Virus record (IMG/VR): IMGVR_UViG_3300007987_000009
DNA: 64,000 nucleotides
Reading direction: 5' to 3' (one strand)
DNA from: a virus
Notes under the pieces: model-generated
What the model saw: the letters and a program-made list of their open reading frames with translations, nothing else
Told to the model about the DNA's origin: nothing
The model's database searches: none
Translations under genes and position numbers: made by a program
In this document: positions 10,059-20,255 of the stretch, piece after piece
Numbering within the stretch: position 1 is the stretch's first letter
Layout: every line of letters begins with the position of its first letter

Positions 10059-11035
10059 TTACCTCATGATTATACCATTTGCGGTAATGGTGTTGGCTGT
10101 TTGTGAAACCCCACAGTTGCTGTTGATTATAGAAACCACCCCACCGTCGGATACTACAACGTCATCCGCACTGTCATTTGCGCCATCTTTACGAACAGTA
10201 CAAAGATTTATTACACAATTTGAGCCACGTACTGCTAAACAATCGTGTTCGCTGTTGATTATAGACGCCTGTTGAATATACCCTCGACAACCGGGGCTGA
10301 GGTCCAAATTCACGTTAGCAGAGCCACTGACACTGCCCCCTACCACGTTAACGTTTGAGCCCCAGTACGCCCCAATATTGTCAAGCCACCCCAGAGCCCC
10401 ACCCGAAAAAGTATAATCTACCTCATAATTCTGACCGGTCCCGGTATCTCGCGAAAAACTTCCGTTGCCTAAAGTTACAGACGACTGTGCACAAAAAATG
10501 TTGTTAGTCAAAAAATCAGAAATTCCAGAGACCTTTCCACCATTGTTGTAATCGTTCTCAAAAACCAACTGTGAAGCAGAAAAGAGGGAAAGTCCCGCTC
10601 GATGGTTACCTAAATTATTGTTTCCAGCATACAGGGTCCCGGTGTCATCTAGCTTAAAATGAGTTGCTATTAGGGGTAGTATGGTGTTAGTGGCACTAAC
10701 GAAGGCTGCAGAGTCATCATCACCAAGGGAAAGCATATATTCTCTGGAGACTAGAACAGTGTCATCATCACTTGTGATTTTTACATTTTTATAATCTTTA
10801 TTTTTTAAAACCAGATTCTCTTTAAAACATATCCAGACAATATATTGATAATAACTTGTTGAAAATTTGTTGAAACAAATGAATCTAAGTGTGCCAATGC
10901 AGCACCCAATGTAGGGAAGTCTCCCCCCGAACCCACGCTAAAGGTTGTAGAAGTGGGCGCAAATGCAGCGCTCAATACATCTCTTCGGGGTCTTTTACCT
11001 TCTTCAACGACATATACATATTTTTCCGAGGCCAT
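10059..11035 (-). CDS. Tail-fibre/beta-helix-like protein split by a -1 frameshift at TTTAAAG (10820-10826)
   Basis: SVGSGGDFPTLGAAL motif; 76-aa ORF continues in the -1 frame (KENLVLKNKDYKNVKITSDDD) into the 225-aa ORF. Confidence 0.65.
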
Positions 11036-11126
11036 TTTTTTTCCTTAATTTTCCGACTACTGTATTTATTATTCCGACCCATTAGCATAAATAAAGTCGA
11101 ACTAGACCAACAATAAAGACCAACAT

Positions 11127-11621
11127 ATGTTTAAAAATGCGTATGATTATTTGAAAAACACACCAACATCTAATTTTTCTCCAAGCGAATGGCCAGTTCC
11201 AGAAGATTTGAAATACGTAAACGCAGAGGTGTTGTATAACTTAGATATAACTAGATATGCATTTGGGCGGTCGGTTTTTCCAAGTGGAGTTCCAGACGGT
11301 CTTGTACGGCGTACCGGGTCCAAGAACAGCAGACATTATATTGGCGATGGCTCTCTCGGAAAAGCGGTGGATGTTTTTCCTTCTGTAGCCGTTATGGATT
11401 TTTGGATTTGTGCAGTTGAAAATACTGTATGGCAAGGAATTGGGGTATACTTGGATACTAATGTAAATAGAAGACAGCCTCAACCCATGGTACACCTTGA
11501 TATAGATCGTAGGAAACATGGCAATCGAGTATTTTGGGTTAGAAATCGTGGTGAATATATCTACAAACACGAAGAGCCGGAGAAATTCTGGGATTTAATA
11601 GCAGAAGCAAGTACGCGTTGA
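11127..11621 (+). CDS. Peptidase M15-like (endolysin-type) protein
   Basis: SRHY..G.AVD and MVHLD zinc-ligand pattern. Confidence 0.65.
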   Translation: MFKNAYDYLKNTPTSNFSPSEWPVPEDLKYVNAEVLYNLDITRYAFGRSVFPSGVPDGLVRRTGSKNSRHYIGDGSLGKAVDVFPSVAVMDFWICAVENTVWQGIGVYLDTNVNRRQPQPMVHLDIDRRKHGNRVFWVRNRGEYIYKHEEPEKFWDLIAEASTR

Positions 11622-11704
11622 AAGAGATAATTGTATTGCGTGTTGATCTTCTTCAATGTATAATTGAATTATTGTACTAACAACAACCAACAACTAGGTG
11701 CTTA

Positions 11705-12010
11705 ATGGAATATCTTATAAAATTTGGTAATAAAAAGATTGCCTTGTCCAGAACGGACATAGCAAATTTATACCCAGAAATCGAACCGTTCTTCTTAGCG
11801 ATAATGCAGGGTTTGGATGAAGTCCAAACTTCTCGATTTGTCAAAGAATACAAAATTTTCATGCAGAGTCTGGCAGAAAACAGAAAGAAAAAGCCTTTGA
11901 CAACCAAAGAAGAACATTCTATTATTGAAATGTCCGCCAAGGAAAAGAAACCATTTCCTTCTGAAGGAGCTGAAATTTATGATTTTAATACTAGGAGAAA
12001 ATTATCGTGA
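11705..12010 (+). CDS. Hypothetical protein
   Basis: ORF with upstream promoter-like sequence. Confidence 0.5.
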   Translation: MEYLIKFGNKKIALSRTDIANLYPEIEPFFLAIMQGLDEVQTSRFVKEYKIFMQSLAENRKKKPLTTKEEHSIIEMSAKEKKPFPSEGAEIYDFNTRRKLS

Positions 12011-12543
12011 CAATAGCTAAAGCCTACAGCTTGGTACCAATGGCTGCTAGAGTGTTTATTAGAGACGAAGACGGGAAGACGAGCCCGGTACTTAGTGGAG
12101 AATTATTCGATGGTAAAAGGGTAGTTGTATTTGCGTTGCCCGGAGCATTCACTCCCACTTGTTCTTCTAGACATCTTCCAGAATTTGATGAACTGTACGA
12201 TCAGATTATTGACTCCGGGGTCGATGAGGTTTACTGTATTAGCGTGAATGATGTCTTTACAATGTCTGCATGGTTTGATAGCCTAGACATCGAAAACGTG
12301 GAAATGGTTGCAGATGGAAATGGAGAATTTACCCGTGGAATGGGAATGCTTTGCTCCAAGAACAACGCGGGATTGGGCATGCGCTCGTGGAGATACAGTG
12401 CGGTTGTCGACAATGGGTACATAGAAGCTCTTTTCTGTGAATCCTGCGGCCCAACAATGTGCATGGACGAGTTCGATGGCGACCCTTTCGATGTGTCCGA
12501 CGCACAGACAATGTTAGAATATTTACAAGATGGTCTGCTCTAA
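12007..12543 (+). CDS. Peroxiredoxin (Prx5/PrxII type)
   Basis: PGAFTPTCS, SVNDVF, ADGNGEF, RSWRYS motifs. Confidence 0.92.
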   Translation: MTIAKAYSLVPMAARVFIRDEDGKTSPVLSGELFDGKRVVVFALPGAFTPTCSSRHLPEFDELYDQIIDSGVDEVYCISVNDVFTMSAWFDSLDIENVEMVADGNGEFTRGMGMLCSKNNAGLGMRSWRYSAVVDNGYIEALFCESCGPTMCMDEFDGDPFDVSDAQTMLEYLQDGLL

Positions 12544-13073
12544 AAAATTGATTTTAGAAGTGCTGATAGAACACCCAATTATTAGTGAGATACTGAATGA
12601 TGGCAAACAGGATGGACCAAATAGCGTTGGACTACTTCAATAAGAATCCTCAAGAAAGAGACGAGGTAATCAAAGCCTATTATGCTTGACATTCTTCTAA
12701 CTACGAGGAAGGCGCTCATAGATTTTTTTAATGATTCTAGAACCGCCGAATGCACGGGGTGTGGTCGAACTAGAGAACAAGTTCGCTACGATGAGTTGCC
12801 CCCAAAATGTTCTAATCATAGAGAAACTTACACTAAATATTATATCACAAGCAAAATTTACGAAGAAGAAAAAATATCTACAACTACTTGGTAAGGCAGA
12901 GAATCATGTACCGCAGTTAATAGAAACGCACGGATTGAACGGAAGGGTTTAAGCTTGGATGCATCATACGCACGGGTACGACCCAGAAGTGGTATCTATG
13001 TATGTGGATATATCCTAGGCCCTTCATAAAGACTATCTAGAAGAAATGTTAATACACAAAGAGAAATCAAAAA

Positions 13074-13901
13074 ATGACAAATTTAAAACCAAAATGGGTA
13101 GTTGACAAGTACATATTCGATGGTTCCAGAATACCAGTAGAAGTATTTGACGAACTTGGAATAGAATTTTTCGAATACGATTACATTCCGTTTCTTATAG
13201 AAGATAGAAGAATACCTTTTGACACCTCTGAGCCCGTAATAACCTACACCACACTTGGTGTGGTGAAAAAAATGAGACAGTTTTGGGGTTGTTATTACGA
13301 TGATCTAAAATACAACTGTAACGTCTACATGTCATTGCTTGATGTAGACGACAGAATGTTTTTGAACCACGACCATTTGTACTGTACCCTGTCCGATTTA
13401 ATCACAAAACCGAATTACTATTTTGAACTTATGGGAATAGATCAACTCTTTTTCAGACCCAACCGGGGATGTAAAGAGTTTACCGGAGATGTTTGGAGCA
13501 TGGAACAATTGCCTAGAGAACTTGATGCTATTGTTAAAATGTATGGAGTCGATTTGGATTCGATGATTTTGATATCTACCCCCAAAAAGATATTCGAAGA
13601 AGAGAGATTTATTGTCGGCAACAGAGAAATTCTTGCAAGCTCCCGATACGCAGTCGAAGGCATCCACGTTGAAGACACAAAAGTAAATCTAGAATCCAAG
13701 GAATCTGTTCAAAGAATCCTTGATACTTCCGACTGGCTCCCGGACACACTTTTTTGTATTGATATAGCTACAACAAATGAAGGTCCTAAAATAGTTGAAC
13801 TGAACTCTTTTAGCTGTTCTGGTTGGTACGCAATGGACCCGAGGGAAGTTGTCAGAAAAGCGTCTGATGTAGTTATGGAAGAATATAGAAAGCAGTTGTG
13901 A
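13074..13901 (+). CDS. ATP-grasp domain protein (DUF4343/R2K-like)
   Basis: FFRPN..KEFTG, EERFIV, IDIA..KIVELNSFSCSGWY. Confidence 0.75.
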   Translation: MTNLKPKWVVDKYIFDGSRIPVEVFDELGIEFFEYDYIPFLIEDRRIPFDTSEPVITYTTLGVVKKMRQFWGCYYDDLKYNCNVYMSLLDVDDRMFLNHDHLYCTLSDLITKPNYYFELMGIDQLFFRPNRGCKEFTGDVWSMEQLPRELDAIVKMYGVDLDSMILISTPKKIFEEERFIVGNREILASSRYAVEGIHVEDTKVNLESKESVQRILDTSDWLPDTLFCIDIATTNEGPKIVELNSFSCSGWYAMDPREVVRKASDVVMEEYRKQL

Positions 13902-14410
13902 TTTATGCTGGCATCGGCTCTAGAGAAACCCCAGAGCCCTTCTGCAAGATAATGCGAAAAATAGGGCGTACTTTTGGCAGTCGTGGTATGATTTTAAGGA
14001 GTGGTAACGCCAGAGGCGCGGATGAGTCTTTTATTAGAGGAGCAATGGAAGTTGGTGGTAAAATGGAAGTATATTTGCCTTGTGTCGGGTTTGGAACTAT
14101 AAAGCCAGCCCAAGATGACGATAGGTTTGTTAATATAATACCAAAAGGTGCGTTCAATATAGCCGAAAATTTTCATCCAAGATGGAATAGCCTGTCAGAC
14201 TTTGCAAAAAGACTTATGGCTAGAAACGTACTACAGGTTTTGGGCCAAGACCTCAATTCACCAGTAGATTTTGTCGTGTGTTACACACACGATGGGTTAG
14301 CAAGCGGGGGCACCGGTCAGGCTTTGCGCATTGCCGAAAGCTACAATATCCCAATCTTTAATCTCAACATACAAAAAGATTTCCAAGACCTGAAGCCATA
14401 TATTCGCTAA
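13898..14410 (+). CDS. SLOG/DprA-like Rossmann protein
   Basis: YAGIGSRETP, LRSGNARGAD, ARNVLQVLG, GGTGQALRIA. Confidence 0.75.
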   Translation: MIYAGIGSRETPEPFCKIMRKIGRTFGSRGMILRSGNARGADESFIRGAMEVGGKMEVYLPCVGFGTIKPAQDDDRFVNIIPKGAFNIAENFHPRWNSLSDFAKRLMARNVLQVLGQDLNSPVDFVVCYTHDGLASGGTGQALRIAESYNIPIFNLNIQKDFQDLKPYIR

Positions 14411-14442
14411 TAAGTAAACTTACAAATATCATTGTTATAAAT

Positions 14443-14467
14443 CGGGCGACAGAACCCCTGTCGCCCT
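14443..14467. terminator. Hairpin/terminator between convergent genes
   Basis: GGGCGACAG-AACCC-CTGTCGCCC. Confidence 0.6.
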
Positions 14468-14478
14468 ATTCGACAATT

Positions 14479-16103
14479 TTAAACTGGACAGGTTCCCCAT
14501 ACTGGAAGTTTGGCCGTTCCATTGATTGGACTGTTGATTGCAAAGCTTGATGGTTCCGGGGTAATATTTGTAACACACCACCCGGATATGTCTTGATCAA
14601 ACGACGTTGCGTTTGCAAACATAAAGCTCATAAGGTTTCTATTAGTTACACTACTAACATCCCAAGAACCAATATCTGCATTGAAAGCAGTAGCACCTGA
14701 AAACATTGAGGTCATGTCACTAACATTTGAAACGTCCCAAGAGCTAATATCTGCATTGAAAGCAGTAGCACCTGAAAACATTGAGGTCATGTTACTAACA
14801 TTTGAAACGTCCCAAGAGCTAATATCTGCATTGAAAGCAGTAGCACCTGAAAACAAGTTGCTCATGTTTGCTAGTGATTGAATGTTCCAGCCGGAAAGAT
14901 CACGATTGAACGGAGTTCCACTAAACATAAAGCCAGCAGAAATTAACGATTCTGTGTTCCAGTTCCCGATGTCGGTGTTGAAAGAGCGAGCGTTAGAGAA
15001 CATGAACCCCGTGTCGGTTACTGAAGAAACATCCCATTCGCCGATGTCCACATTAAATTGATAACAAGAATCAAACATAGAATTCATATTAGTTACTGAA
15101 GAAACATTCCACCCACCCACATCATCATTAAAACTATAACAACTATCAAACATCGAAGCCATGTTTACTGCACCCGAAGTGTCCCAAGATGAAGCATTTA
15201 TCGATTTGAGGCTGTTGCAACGCGCGAACATGTCAGACAGATCACACGACCCCGAGAATTTCCAGTCTGTGGCATCAACAGACGAAAGTGTCGCACAGTT
15301 GTTAAACATGCTAGTGCAGTTACAATTGTTAAATTTCCATCCTCGCAAACATAGTGTATCTATCTGTTCTGAGTCTATAAACATTTGAGCGGTTGTAGTT
15401 GCTTTAGAAACGTCCCATTTGCTCAAATCTAATCTGTTTGTGTTTCTGCTCCTATTGAAAGTTGATTGGAAATTAGTAACGTTTGAAACATCCCAATTTT
15501 GCAAAGACTCTTTGGCTTTTTCTGTCAAAAAGGAATCTCTGAAACAAGAGTTTAATGTAATAACACTAGGGGGTAATTCTTCTGGTAGATCGTCGACGTA
15601 TCCAAATTCAAAAGTACTTACCAGACCGGTAATACCTAGATCTCCAAAATCTACAATACGTTCGCTCGTACTATTGAAATCGAAAAATGATCCAAAAGTC
15701 TCCGACGTACCACTAATGGATATAGTATATTTTCCTTTAGTAGGATAATTGCGGTTTACGTTAACAGACGCGCCTTGGAAATTTTCAACTGGAGACCCAT
15801 CTCCCCAATCTATTAAAATATCACAATTAGAGAAAAAATACCCAGAAATACTATTGTTGTTACTTGCAGAAGTGTCAATCTCTATAAGCATCGGGCGATA
15901 CGCCAAGGGTTTGACAACAGTTTTTCCATTTTCCAAATTTACATAAACACTATCGCCATCCTCTATTATGTCTTCTATTGTTTTGAGTTTTCTATCTGTG
16001 TTGTAGCAATATTTCGAGGAATTGGCGCGCAAGTTTAAAGTAGAGATAACCTCTTTGGCCTGACTGAATCAACTGTGTCTAGTACGTATAAAAATTCTTT
16101 CAT
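14479..16103 (-). CDS. BspA/DUF285 leucine-rich-repeat surface/virion protein; N-terminal 22 codons (16038-16103) out of frame
   Basis: WDVSNVT/MFSGATAFNADIS repeats; IDWGDG PKD-like motif; upstream MKEFLYVLDTVDSVRPKRL ends at TAA 16035-16037. Confidence 0.8.
14674..14853. repeat. 75-bp near-perfect tandem repeats in the DUF285 region
   Basis: ATCTGCATTGAAAGCAGTAGCACCTGAAAACA present three times. Confidence 0.85.
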
Positions 16104-16183
16104 TTTGGTATAGTTTCCATTTTCGGGGCATCGATTATATTTATATTTTCTACTAAGAAAAAAAAAAAAATTCCAAATGGGGG

Positions 16184-16212
16184 TTGACATACACGATTTT
16201 TCGGTGTAGAAT
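16184..16212 (+). promoter_or_regulatory. Sigma70-type early promoter
   Basis: TTGACA-N17-TAGAAT. Confidence 0.75.
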
Positions 16213-16282
16213 GGCCTTCCAAATAAATGTTAAAAGTTCGCTAATGTATAAATAGTAAAAGAACATTTGGCCGAACAAAAGT

Positions 16283-16996
16283 ATGGATTATGAGAAAATT
16301 TACGCAAATTTAATTAATAGGGCAAAGAATAGAGAATTACAAGGATATGTGGAAAAGCATCATATAGTGCCTAAATGTTTGGGTGGGGACGATTCTGTAG
16401 AAAATTTAGCGATACTAACCCCGGAAGAACATTACTTGGCGCACCAGTTGTTGGTAAAGATGCACCCAGATCATGAAGGATTAACATGGGCCGCACTACA
16501 AATGACAGGTCGCCCAATAAGTGAACAACGAACCAATAACAAAGTGTATGGTTGGCTAAGAAGAAAACACTCCGAAAACTCGAAAAGGAGAGTGGGAGAG
16601 AAAAACGGATCATACGGAAAAAGATGGTTTTATAATCCAGACACTTTGGAAAACATCAAGTGCGATCCACAAGGAAAACCAATTGGATTCATTGCGGGTA
16701 GAATAATTAAAAAAGAAAAGAAGAAAACATATTGTCTAGATTGTGGAAAAGAGGTAGAAAAGCCAAGGGCAAAATACTGTGATTTTCACCGCAAAAGAAG
16801 AATGAAAAAAGTAGATTGGGGAAAGTCTAAAAGGAAAAAAACCGATCTAGACATAAAAAAAGCCTTGACATCCAACAATTATGATGTTACGATGGCAATG
16901 AAAAGTTTGGGTTACTCCGAAAAATCGTGTGAAGGAGGAAATACCAGATACAGATTTAAAAAAATATTATCAGAAATTTTACAGACTGATAAATAA
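16283..16996 (+). CDS. HNH homing endonuclease
   Basis: EKHHIVPKCLGG..NLAILTPEEHYLAH; TATAAATA late promoter upstream. Confidence 0.88.
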   Translation: MDYEKIYANLINRAKNRELQGYVEKHHIVPKCLGGDDSVENLAILTPEEHYLAHQLLVKMHPDHEGLTWAALQMTGRPISEQRTNNKVYGWLRRKHSENSKRRVGEKNGSYGKRWFYNPDTLENIKCDPQGKPIGFIAGRIIKKEKKKTYCLDCGKEVEKPRAKYCDFHRKRRMKKVDWGKSKRKKTDLDIKKALTSNNYDVTMAMKSLGYSEKSCEGGNTRYRFKKILSEILQTDK

Positions 16997-17009
16997 CGTA
17001 GAAATTAAT

Positions 17010-17096
17010 GCGAGTGTAGCTCAGTTGGTCAGAGCGCGACCCTTCCAAGGTCGAGGCGAATAGGTTCCGCAGGTTCGAATCCTGTCACTCGCTCCA
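17010..17096 (+). tRNA. tRNA-Gly(TCC) with extended variable region
   Basis: Cloverleaf; anticodon loop CTTCCAA; TTCGAAT; CCA. Confidence 0.85.
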
Positions 17097-17112
17097 AATT
17101 TTGCTTGAGGTA

Positions 17113-17349
17113 TATGAATACTAAAATTAAAGCTCTAAAGAGAGAAATACGAGTAATACAAGAATCTCTCGAAAAGAAAATAAAGAGCTTGACGCATTAC
17201 ACAAGGTGTGGTGTAATGGTGGCTGTAAAAGCGGACTGCACAGATGGACAGAGGAAGAAGTCACTGAAGAGTTAGTCTTAATAGCAGAAAAAAACACAAT
17301 TAGACTACGACAATGGTGGGAAAATTCAAAAAGTCGTAAAAAAGCTTGA
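17113..17349 (+). pseudogene. Small gene with frameshift in an A-run
   Basis: MNTKIKALKRE.. continues in the -1 frame as ELDALHKVWCNGGCKSGLHRW. Confidence 0.45.
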
Positions 17350-17374
17350 CAAGTGATATAAATAGGTTTATACT
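17346..17374 (+). promoter_or_regulatory. Sigma70-type promoter of leader/attenuator
   Basis: TTGACA-N17-TATACT. Confidence 0.8.
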
Positions 17375-17402
17375 TGTAAAACATTAAAGAATTAAAAAAA
17401 TT

Positions 17403-17567
17403 ATGAAAACTATTGCAAACACAAAAATTAATATCGACGGACACAAGACTATTGCGTCTACCGATACTATTATTTCCGCCAAAAATTGGTCGGAGAGTCA
17501 GCAAGTGCGCGATAATTTTGCGCCTAGCAATAGTGCCTTTTTGTCTAAAGGACGAGGGATGGTTTAA
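17403..17567 (+). CDS. Putative 54-aa leader peptide
   Basis: ATG..TAA ORF (MKTIANTKINIDGHKTIASTDTIISAKNWSESQQVRDNFAPSNSAFLSKGRGMV) overlapping the antiterminator strand. Confidence 0.55.
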   Translation: MKTIANTKINIDGHKTIASTDTIISAKNWSESQQVRDNFAPSNSAFLSKGRGMV

Positions 17568-17625
17568 ATAATCCAAACCTCAGAAAGAAAGACAAAAAGG
17601 CAGCTTAAAAAAGCTGCCTTTTTTT
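17534..17625 (+). terminator. Attenuator: mutually exclusive antiterminator and terminator
   Basis: TGCCTTTTTGTCT (17534-46) complements AGACAAAAAGGCA (17590-602), which overlaps terminator AAAAAGGCAGCTT-AAAA-AAGCTGCCTTTTTTT. Confidence 0.75.
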
Positions 17626-17746
17626 ATGTTCAAAACAGTGCAAACGGAAACGAGGTCCAATCAGCACTTTAAAAAATGAACGGGCGGGAACGAGGATGAA
17701 AACTCTCTTGTGAGTGGAAAAATTCGTTCTAAAACAAATTGTAGGT

Positions 17747-17800
17747 GCCCCCGGCTACCATTTTGTAGGTTGAGAAATGTGTAGGACGGTAGCCGGGGGC
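17747..17800 (+). terminator. 13-bp GC-rich hairpin
   Basis: GCCCCCGGCTACC...GGTAGCCGGGGGC followed by TTTGTT. Confidence 0.55.
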
Positions 17801-17872
17801 TTTGTTATGCTTTATACTTGACAAAGAATGTTAAACTTAGTATAAGAAGATCAAACAATAAAGGATAAAGTT

Positions 17873-18094
17873 ATGGAAGATTATCAAAAAAGAGTGTTAG
17901 ATGAAAAACATGATCTAGACCAGAAAATATTCAGGTTGTACTGTTTCATAAACTCCAACAGTAAACCATACGGAGATTCTATATTTCCCACTCTGTCCAA
18001 AACAGAACAACAACTAATGAAAGAACAGCTTCAAATAATGAATTCATATTCTGATATTCTAGGCAAGCGAATAGCAGAATGGGAGAAAGAATAA
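17873..18094 (+). CDS. Small conserved phage coiled-coil protein
   Basis: YQKRVLDEKHDL..EQLQIMNSYSDILGKRI pattern common in phages. Confidence 0.6.
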   Translation: MEDYQKRVLDEKHDLDQKIFRLYCFINSNSKPYGDSIFPTLSKTEQQLMKEQLQIMNSYSDILGKRIAEWEKE

Positions 18095-18204
18095 TGGCAT
18101 ATATCGTCCATTTTATTTTCCCCAACCGCGATGGCAAATACCCCATCATAATAATAAAGTAATGCAACATACACAAGTCACGGAGTTTACGGGACTTGTT
18201 ACAT

Positions 18205-18287
18205 ACACCTGATGACTAATTGGCAGGTCACCAGCCTTTCACGCTGGAGTCAGAGATGACGAGCGGGTTCGAATCCCGTCAGGTGTG
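18205..18287 (+). tRNA. tRNA-Glu(TTC) with long variable arm, no encoded CCA
   Basis: ACACCTG/CAGGTGT acceptor; loop CTTTCAC; V-arm GTCA-GAGA-TGAC. Confidence 0.8.
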
Positions 18288-18381
18288 CTTTAGCCCTTGC
18301 CATAGGGCATACCAAGATGGTAGAATAAGAAAAAGTGGCAAAAATATGTAAGACCACTGATCTTAAAATGGAGAAATAGAA

Positions 18382-18861
18382 ATGAAAAATAACACATACA
18401 GACTACAACTGAGTTTGGTAAATGATAATAATGAACGTGCTGCCGAACATACATTAGAAACGGCTATCGCTAAAGAAGCCGTGGAAACCGCGATAATGGT
18501 ACGTGGCGACATAATTGAAGAAATATGTGACCTGTTGATTGGAGAAGTTAGAGATATTTTAATTGATCGCAATCAGTTGGAAGTTTCGATTCATAGTTTG
18601 GTCGGACAATTGGCCGAGGGAAATCAGGTAGGGAATGATATGGTAGATAGTACAAGCGATGATAGAACTACAAACAACACCATGAGACATAATTACAGAG
18701 TGTTGTCCGATACTGAAAAAAGAGCGATGTCCAACATCAAAGACATGGGCCTAGAACTTCACGAATACATTGATAGTTTGGGAAGTTCCAGAGAACTATC
18801 CATCGCAAAAACAAAAATTGAAGAAGCTGTCATGTGGGCAGTCAAGCACGTGACAAAATGA
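18382..18861 (+). CDS. Protein with C-terminal Acb2/Tad1-like helical domain (possible internal start 18640)
   Basis: YRVLSDTEKRAMSNIKDMG..SRELSIAKTKIEEAVMWAVKHV. Confidence 0.55.
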   Translation: MKNNTYRLQLSLVNDNNERAAEHTLETAIAKEAVETAIMVRGDIIEEICDLLIGEVRDILIDRNQLEVSIHSLVGQLAEGNQVGNDMVDSTSDDRTTNNTMRHNYRVLSDTEKRAMSNIKDMGLELHEYIDSLGSSRELSIAKTKIEEAVMWAVKHVTK

Positions 18862-19110
18862 TTTTCAGGGCAAAAACACTTGGAAATGAACCGGAGTTAC
18901 AAATCAAAGGAACTGACATAGATCATATTCTTAGTTCTAGATTCTTTGATTATTATTATTATCCGGATGACGGGAAATTCGACGTTGTGGCCGATCCAGA
19001 GTTAACAATAGTGAAAGTCGTTGAAACGGGTGACAGTTTTGATCAAGGCGTACTTATTGGATGGATAGAACACGAAATTCGAAAGTCTGAAGTAAGATCA
19101 GGAAAATAAT

Positions 19111-19452
19111 ATGACTGAAACATTAGAATCTTTAGCAAAAAAATATTACAATCTTATAAACGAGATTGCAGGAACAATAGTTGATTTGGAATCTAGTATT
19201 GGCCCAGAACATTTCGATACCAAACAAGAAGAGACGCTCGTAGCTTTATATTCTTTACTCGACGGTATCGAAGACCAAAACTTTGTAGATTGGGTAAAGC
19301 GTGATGCTGAAGAATTGAAAGAAGCAGTGAAAAAAGCATATCCAAATGGTGACTATTACTCCGTGACGGGAATACAAATGCGTCAAGAAATTGATCGTAC
19401 TATAATCAGTGATATTCTTATAGAAGCTTTGAAAGACAAGAAAAAAAATTGA
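19111..19452 (+). CDS. Hypothetical protein
   Basis: ORF in co-directional string. Confidence 0.5.
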   Translation: MTETLESLAKKYYNLINEIAGTIVDLESSIGPEHFDTKQEETLVALYSLLDGIEDQNFVDWVKRDAEELKEAVKKAYPNGDYYSVTGIQMRQEIDRTIISDILIEALKDKKKN

Positions 19453-19518
19453 GGACCCTCTCTCGGAGATATTATAGTTTCTATTTTGAAAATGTTCAGT
19501 CCGAAGTATCAATATTAT

Positions 19519-19802
19519 CAAGAAAACAAAGAAGACCCCGTCCTTCAGGGAAGGGGACAAATTCTAAAAATATTCACTACTTGACATAAACACTAGATAG
19601 TGGTACAATATCAAATATTCAGTATCGATAACCAAGTGCTGAATAATATTGTAAATATCTACCTTAAAAGCAGTAGAAAAAAGAACCGTAGGGCATACGG
19701 GGATAGCTTGCGGAGTCCGACATAAATCTAAAGTTCTTGTAGAGAACAATGTAGTGGACGATGAAACAAGAATCCTCTTCCTTTAGGGAGAGGAGAAGTC
19801 AA
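19519..19802 (+). mobile_element. Non-autonomous IS200/IS605-family element, copy 1 (tnpB 3'/omegaRNA-like end)
   Basis: TTAT|CAAG left junction; hairpin CCCCGTCCTTCAGGGAAGGGG; right hairpin TCCTCTTCCTTTAGGGAGAGGA..GTCAA; internal TTGACA-N17-TACAAT promoter (19581-19609). Confidence 0.75.
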
Positions 19803-19804
19803 AT

Positions 19805-19880
19805 GGGGCCGTAGCTTAATTGGGAGAGCAGTTGCTTTGCAAGCAACAGGTTGTCGGTTCGATCCCGACCGGTTCCACCA
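19805..19880 (+). tRNA. tRNA-Ala(TGC)
   Basis: Cloverleaf; G3:U70; CCA. Confidence 0.93.
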
Positions 19881-19886
19881 TTTAAA

Positions 19887-19962
19887 GTAGGGTGAACTAG
19901 TGTGGTCATAGTGCTGGTCTGAAAAACCAGAAAAGTCGGTTCGATTCCGGCACCCTGCACCA
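19887..19962 (+). tRNA. tRNA-Phe(GAA)
   Basis: Cloverleaf; loop CTGAAAA; CCA. Confidence 0.9.
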
Positions 19963-20108
19963 AGTTTAAGATGTATGGTGATCGTTGTAAATTTTACTAA
20001 TAGTAATTAGATTGTTCTATTTAATCTTTTTAAGATTAAATTGAGAACAATAACACAATGCGATTTAAATGCGCCGTAGTGGGGAGCAGCCATACTTCTT
20101 TCTTTTAG

Positions 20109-20255
20109 GTGAGTAACTCAATAACCTATCAATTAGACCGTATAAATGGAGATAATACAGATAATAAGATAGAAAATTTGAGACTTCTCTGTCCTAACTG
20201 TCACTCCCAGACCGGTACATATGGTGAAAGGAATATTAAAACAATGGGTGTATAG
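20109..20255 (+). pseudogene. HNH endonuclease remnant
   Basis: Translates YQLDRINGDNTDNKIENLRLLCPNCHSQT (HNH core, first His replaced by Arg). Confidence 0.7.

Noticed and set aside
14674-14853. Diversity-generating retroelement VR/TR pair
   Set aside because: In-frame protein tandem repeats, no adenine-specific pattern, and no reverse transcriptase in the window.
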